The notes beneath the pieces are model-generated. The model was not told where the DNA came from, did no database searches, and saw only the letters and a list, made by a program, of their open reading frames with translations. A stretch of DNA of 64,000 nucleotides from Candidatus Dadabacteria bacterium (GTDB lineage: Bacteria > Desulfobacterota_D > UBA1144 > Nemesobacterales > Nemesobacteraceae). The DNA lies in NCBI GenBank assembly GCA_009840385.1, contig VXNX01000003.1, positions 21,311 to 85,310 of the forward strand. The letters run 5' to 3'. Below, piece by piece: positions 61,392-64,000 of the stretch; position 1 is the first letter of the stretch, and every line of letters starts with the position of its first letter. A program made the translations under genes and the position numbers.

Positions 61392-61790
61392 ATGAGTGTA
61401 CCGAAAGACTTGAAATATACTGAAGAACATGAGTGGATCAGGTTCGAGGGGGACAGGGCGGTGGTCGGAATAACGGATTATGCGCAGGAGGCCCTCGGGG
61501 AGATAGTCTATGTTGAACTGCCGGTTGAAGGGGATGAACTGTTTCAGGGGGATTCCTTCGGCGGGGCGGAGTCGACAAAGGCGGTCTCGGAACTTTTCGC
61601 CCCGATCTCAGGAGAGATCGCCGAGGTGAATGATCTTCTGGTGGACTCCCCGGAACTTGTAAACGCCGACCCTTACGGTGACGGATGGATCATAAAAATT
61701 CATACGGACGAGCTTGATGAAAGCGAAGTTGAAAAACTTCTTGATCCCTCAGCTTATGAAGAACTGATAGAAGACGAGGAAGATGCCTGA
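61392..61790 (+). CDS. gcvH: glycine cleavage system protein H
   Basis: The product carries the lipoyl-lysine motif (ESTKAVSELFAPISGEI). Confidence 0.93.
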   Translation: MSVPKDLKYTEEHEWIRFEGDRAVVGITDYAQEALGEIVYVELPVEGDELFQGDSFGGAESTKAVSELFAPISGEIAEVNDLLVDSPELVNADPYGDGWIIKIHTDELDESEVEKLLDPSAYEELIEDEEDA

Positions 61791-61841
61791 TACATTCAGG
61801 CATCCTGCCCGGGTTTTCCGGAGATTTCTGATTGGGAAGCG

Positions 61842-64000
61842 AAAACGGCATTTATGAAGAAGGGGATTTTTTCTCGGCTAGGCACATAGGTCCCACGCCC
61901 GAGGAAACGCACCGCATGCTTTCATGCGCGGGGGCGGGGAGTCTTGAGGAACTGGTGCAGGAAACCATTCCCGCCGACCTGCTTTCAGATGTCCAGATGT
62001 CTGTTCCCGCGGCTATGACCGAGAGTTCCTATCTTGACCACATAAGGGGCATCGGGCGTGAGAATGCGGTTTTCAAGTCGTATATAGGCCTGGGTTATTA
62101 CGACTGCATCACCCCGGCGGTCATATTAAGGAACATTCTTGAGAACCCGAGCTGGTACACTCAGTATACTCCTTACCAAGCGGAAATATCGCAGGGACGC
62201 CTGGAAGCCCTTCTCAATTTCCAGACCGTAATTTCGGAACTTACGGAAATGGAACTTTCAAACGCCTCGTTGCTTGATGAAGCGACGGCTGCCGCTGAGG
62301 CTATGGCCATGTTTCACAGGCTGGGCGGCGCGAAGCGGGAGAAGGCGGACGCTGACGGGTTCTTCGTTTCCAGAAGGTGTTTTCCCCAGACCATTGATGT
62401 TTTAAAGACCCGGGCTGCGCCCTTGGGAATAAGAATCGTTGAGGGAGATGAGGAAGAAATTTCGCTTGACGGGAGTTTCTTCGGCGCGCTTCTTCAGTAC
62501 CCCGACGCTTTCGGAGAAGTCAGGGATTACTCGGAATTCATAAAAAGTGCCCATGACCACGGTATTATGGTCGCGGTCGCGGCTGATCTCATGAGCCTCG
62601 TGCTGCTTACTCCTCCAGGGCGCTTCGGGGCCGACGCGGTTGTTGGAACTTCGCAGAGATTCGGGGTTCCCGTTGGTTACGGCGGTCCCCACGCCGCGTA
62701 TTTTGCCACAAGAGACGAGTTCAGAAGACAGGTTCCCGGAAGAATAATAGGGGTATCTCTAGACAGGGACGAAAACCCCGCTTACAGAATGGCTCTTCAG
62801 ACCAGGGAACAGCACATAAGGAGGGAGAGGGCCACTTCCAATATATGCACCGCGCAGTCTCTGCTTGCCATAATGTCCTCCATGTACGCTGTTTACCATG
62901 GTCCTGCCGGGCTGCGGCGCATCTCCGGGAGGATAAACACGCTCGCGAAAATGCTTGACCTGGGCTTTAAGGAGCTCGGAGTAGCTCAGCTAAACGGAGC
63001 GTTTTTCGATACCCTGCTTGTGGATATCTCACCCCATGGGGAGGACTCCTGCGAGACGCTTCGCGCAAGCGCCCTTAAAAAAGGGATCAACTTCAGATAT
63101 CTTCCGGACCAGAAAGTTTGCATATCCCTTGACGAAACCACTGCGGAGAAGGATGTTGCGGAAATACTTTCGTTTTTTTCAGACTCTTTGGAACTCGGTG
63201 AAAAAGTGGCTGTCACAGCGGACCGGGTTTCCGCCGTTGCGTCCGTACCCGAGGAACTTCAGAGGAAGGGGGATTTTCTAGCCCAGCCCGTGTTTAACCG
63301 CTATCACTCCGAAACCCTGATGCTTAGGTACATAAAGAGCCTCGAGGGCAGAGATCTTTCCTTGGCCCATTCCATGATTCCCCTCGGTTCCTGCACTATG
63401 AAGCTCAACGGTACGACGGAAATGATACCGATAAGCTGGGAGGAATTCTCAAGAATCCATCCTTTTGCGCCCTCGGATCAGACGGCGGGATACGCTCGGG
63501 TGATCGGTGAACTCGAAAAGTATCTCTGCGAAATAACCGGACTTAACGCCTGCTCGCTTCAGCCCAACTCGGGAGCCCAGGGAGAGTATGCGGGTCTTAT
63601 GGTCATACGCAGATACTTTGAGGAGAAAGGGGAGACCCAAAGGCGCGTGGTGCTGATTCCCTCTTCTGCCCACGGGACCAATCCCGCAAGCGCCCGGATG
63701 GCCGGGATGGACGTTGTGGTGGTAAAGTGCCGGAAAAACGGGGACGTGGACATAGACGATCTTGTTAGATGCTGCCGGAAGAATGAGGGGAAAGTGGCTT
63801 GCCTTATGATTACCTATCCTTCGACTCACGGGGTTTTTGAGTCCGGAATAAGGGAAATATGCGAAATAATTCACTCAAGCGGTGCGCAGGTATACATGGA
63901 CGGGGCGAATCTTAACGCGCAGGTGGGCCTCTGCTTTCCCTCCCTTATCGGCGTTGACGTATGCCACATAAACCTGCACAAGACTTTCAGCATTCCACAT
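61842..64000 (+). CDS. gcvPA: glycine dehydrogenase (decarboxylating) subunit 1, running off the window end
   Basis: Hand translation gives ...FSARHIGPTPEETHRMLSCAGAGSLEELVQETIPADL...YTQYTPYQAEISQGRLEALLNFQTVISELTEMELSNASLLDEATAAAEAM, the GcvP N-terminal signatures. A TTG start is likely after the in-frame stop at 61839. The ORF is open to the window end. Confidence 0.85.

Overview
This 64 kb window looks like a bacterial chromosomal segment of roughly 53-56% GC, densely packed with housekeeping genes on both strands. The core genes are: a partial LLM-class flavin oxidoreductase, fbp, cvpA, a polyprenyl synthase, rimI, the methylmalonyl-CoA mutase operon (mutA-mutB-meaB), queC-queE, a SAM methyltransferase, xseA, cca, the ATP synthase F0 genes (atpZ-like, atpI, atpB, atpE), hemL, cpoB and a Pal-like OmpA lipoprotein, a flavin reductase, fxsA, ispE, tRNA-Gln, a UvrD/PcrA helicase, selO, dnaE, a polyphosphate module (CYTH-CHAD, ppk1, ppx), an acyl-CoA synthetase, tatC, serA, hisZ, purA, phoH, an SDR protein, a DUF1289 protein, purC, tRNA-Val, thrS-infC-rpmI-rplT, an endonuclease-III-like gene, an NCS2 purine permease, a Tsx-like porin, and gcvT-gcvH-gcvPA (partial). 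Several accessory or unusual elements stand out against this background. (1) An IS200/IS605-type tnpB element of about 1.2 kb, flanked by a perfect 14-bp inverted repeat, sits immediately against the hemL start codon. (2) A membrane-anchored protein carries two scavenger-receptor cysteine-rich (SRCR) domains, which are rare in bacteria. (3) A four-gene stretch beside queC-queE-MTase encodes a DUF971 protein, a Sir2 homolog whose catalytic and NAD-binding residues are all substituted but whose zinc ribbon is intact, and a fused two-domain ThyX-like protein whose dUMP-binding motifs are degenerate in a complementary pattern. (4) A low-GC single-gene island encodes an HNH_2-type nuclease with an uncharacterised N-terminal domain that could be a modified-DNA reader. 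I saw no CRISPR arrays, no rRNA genes, and no recognisable riboswitches.
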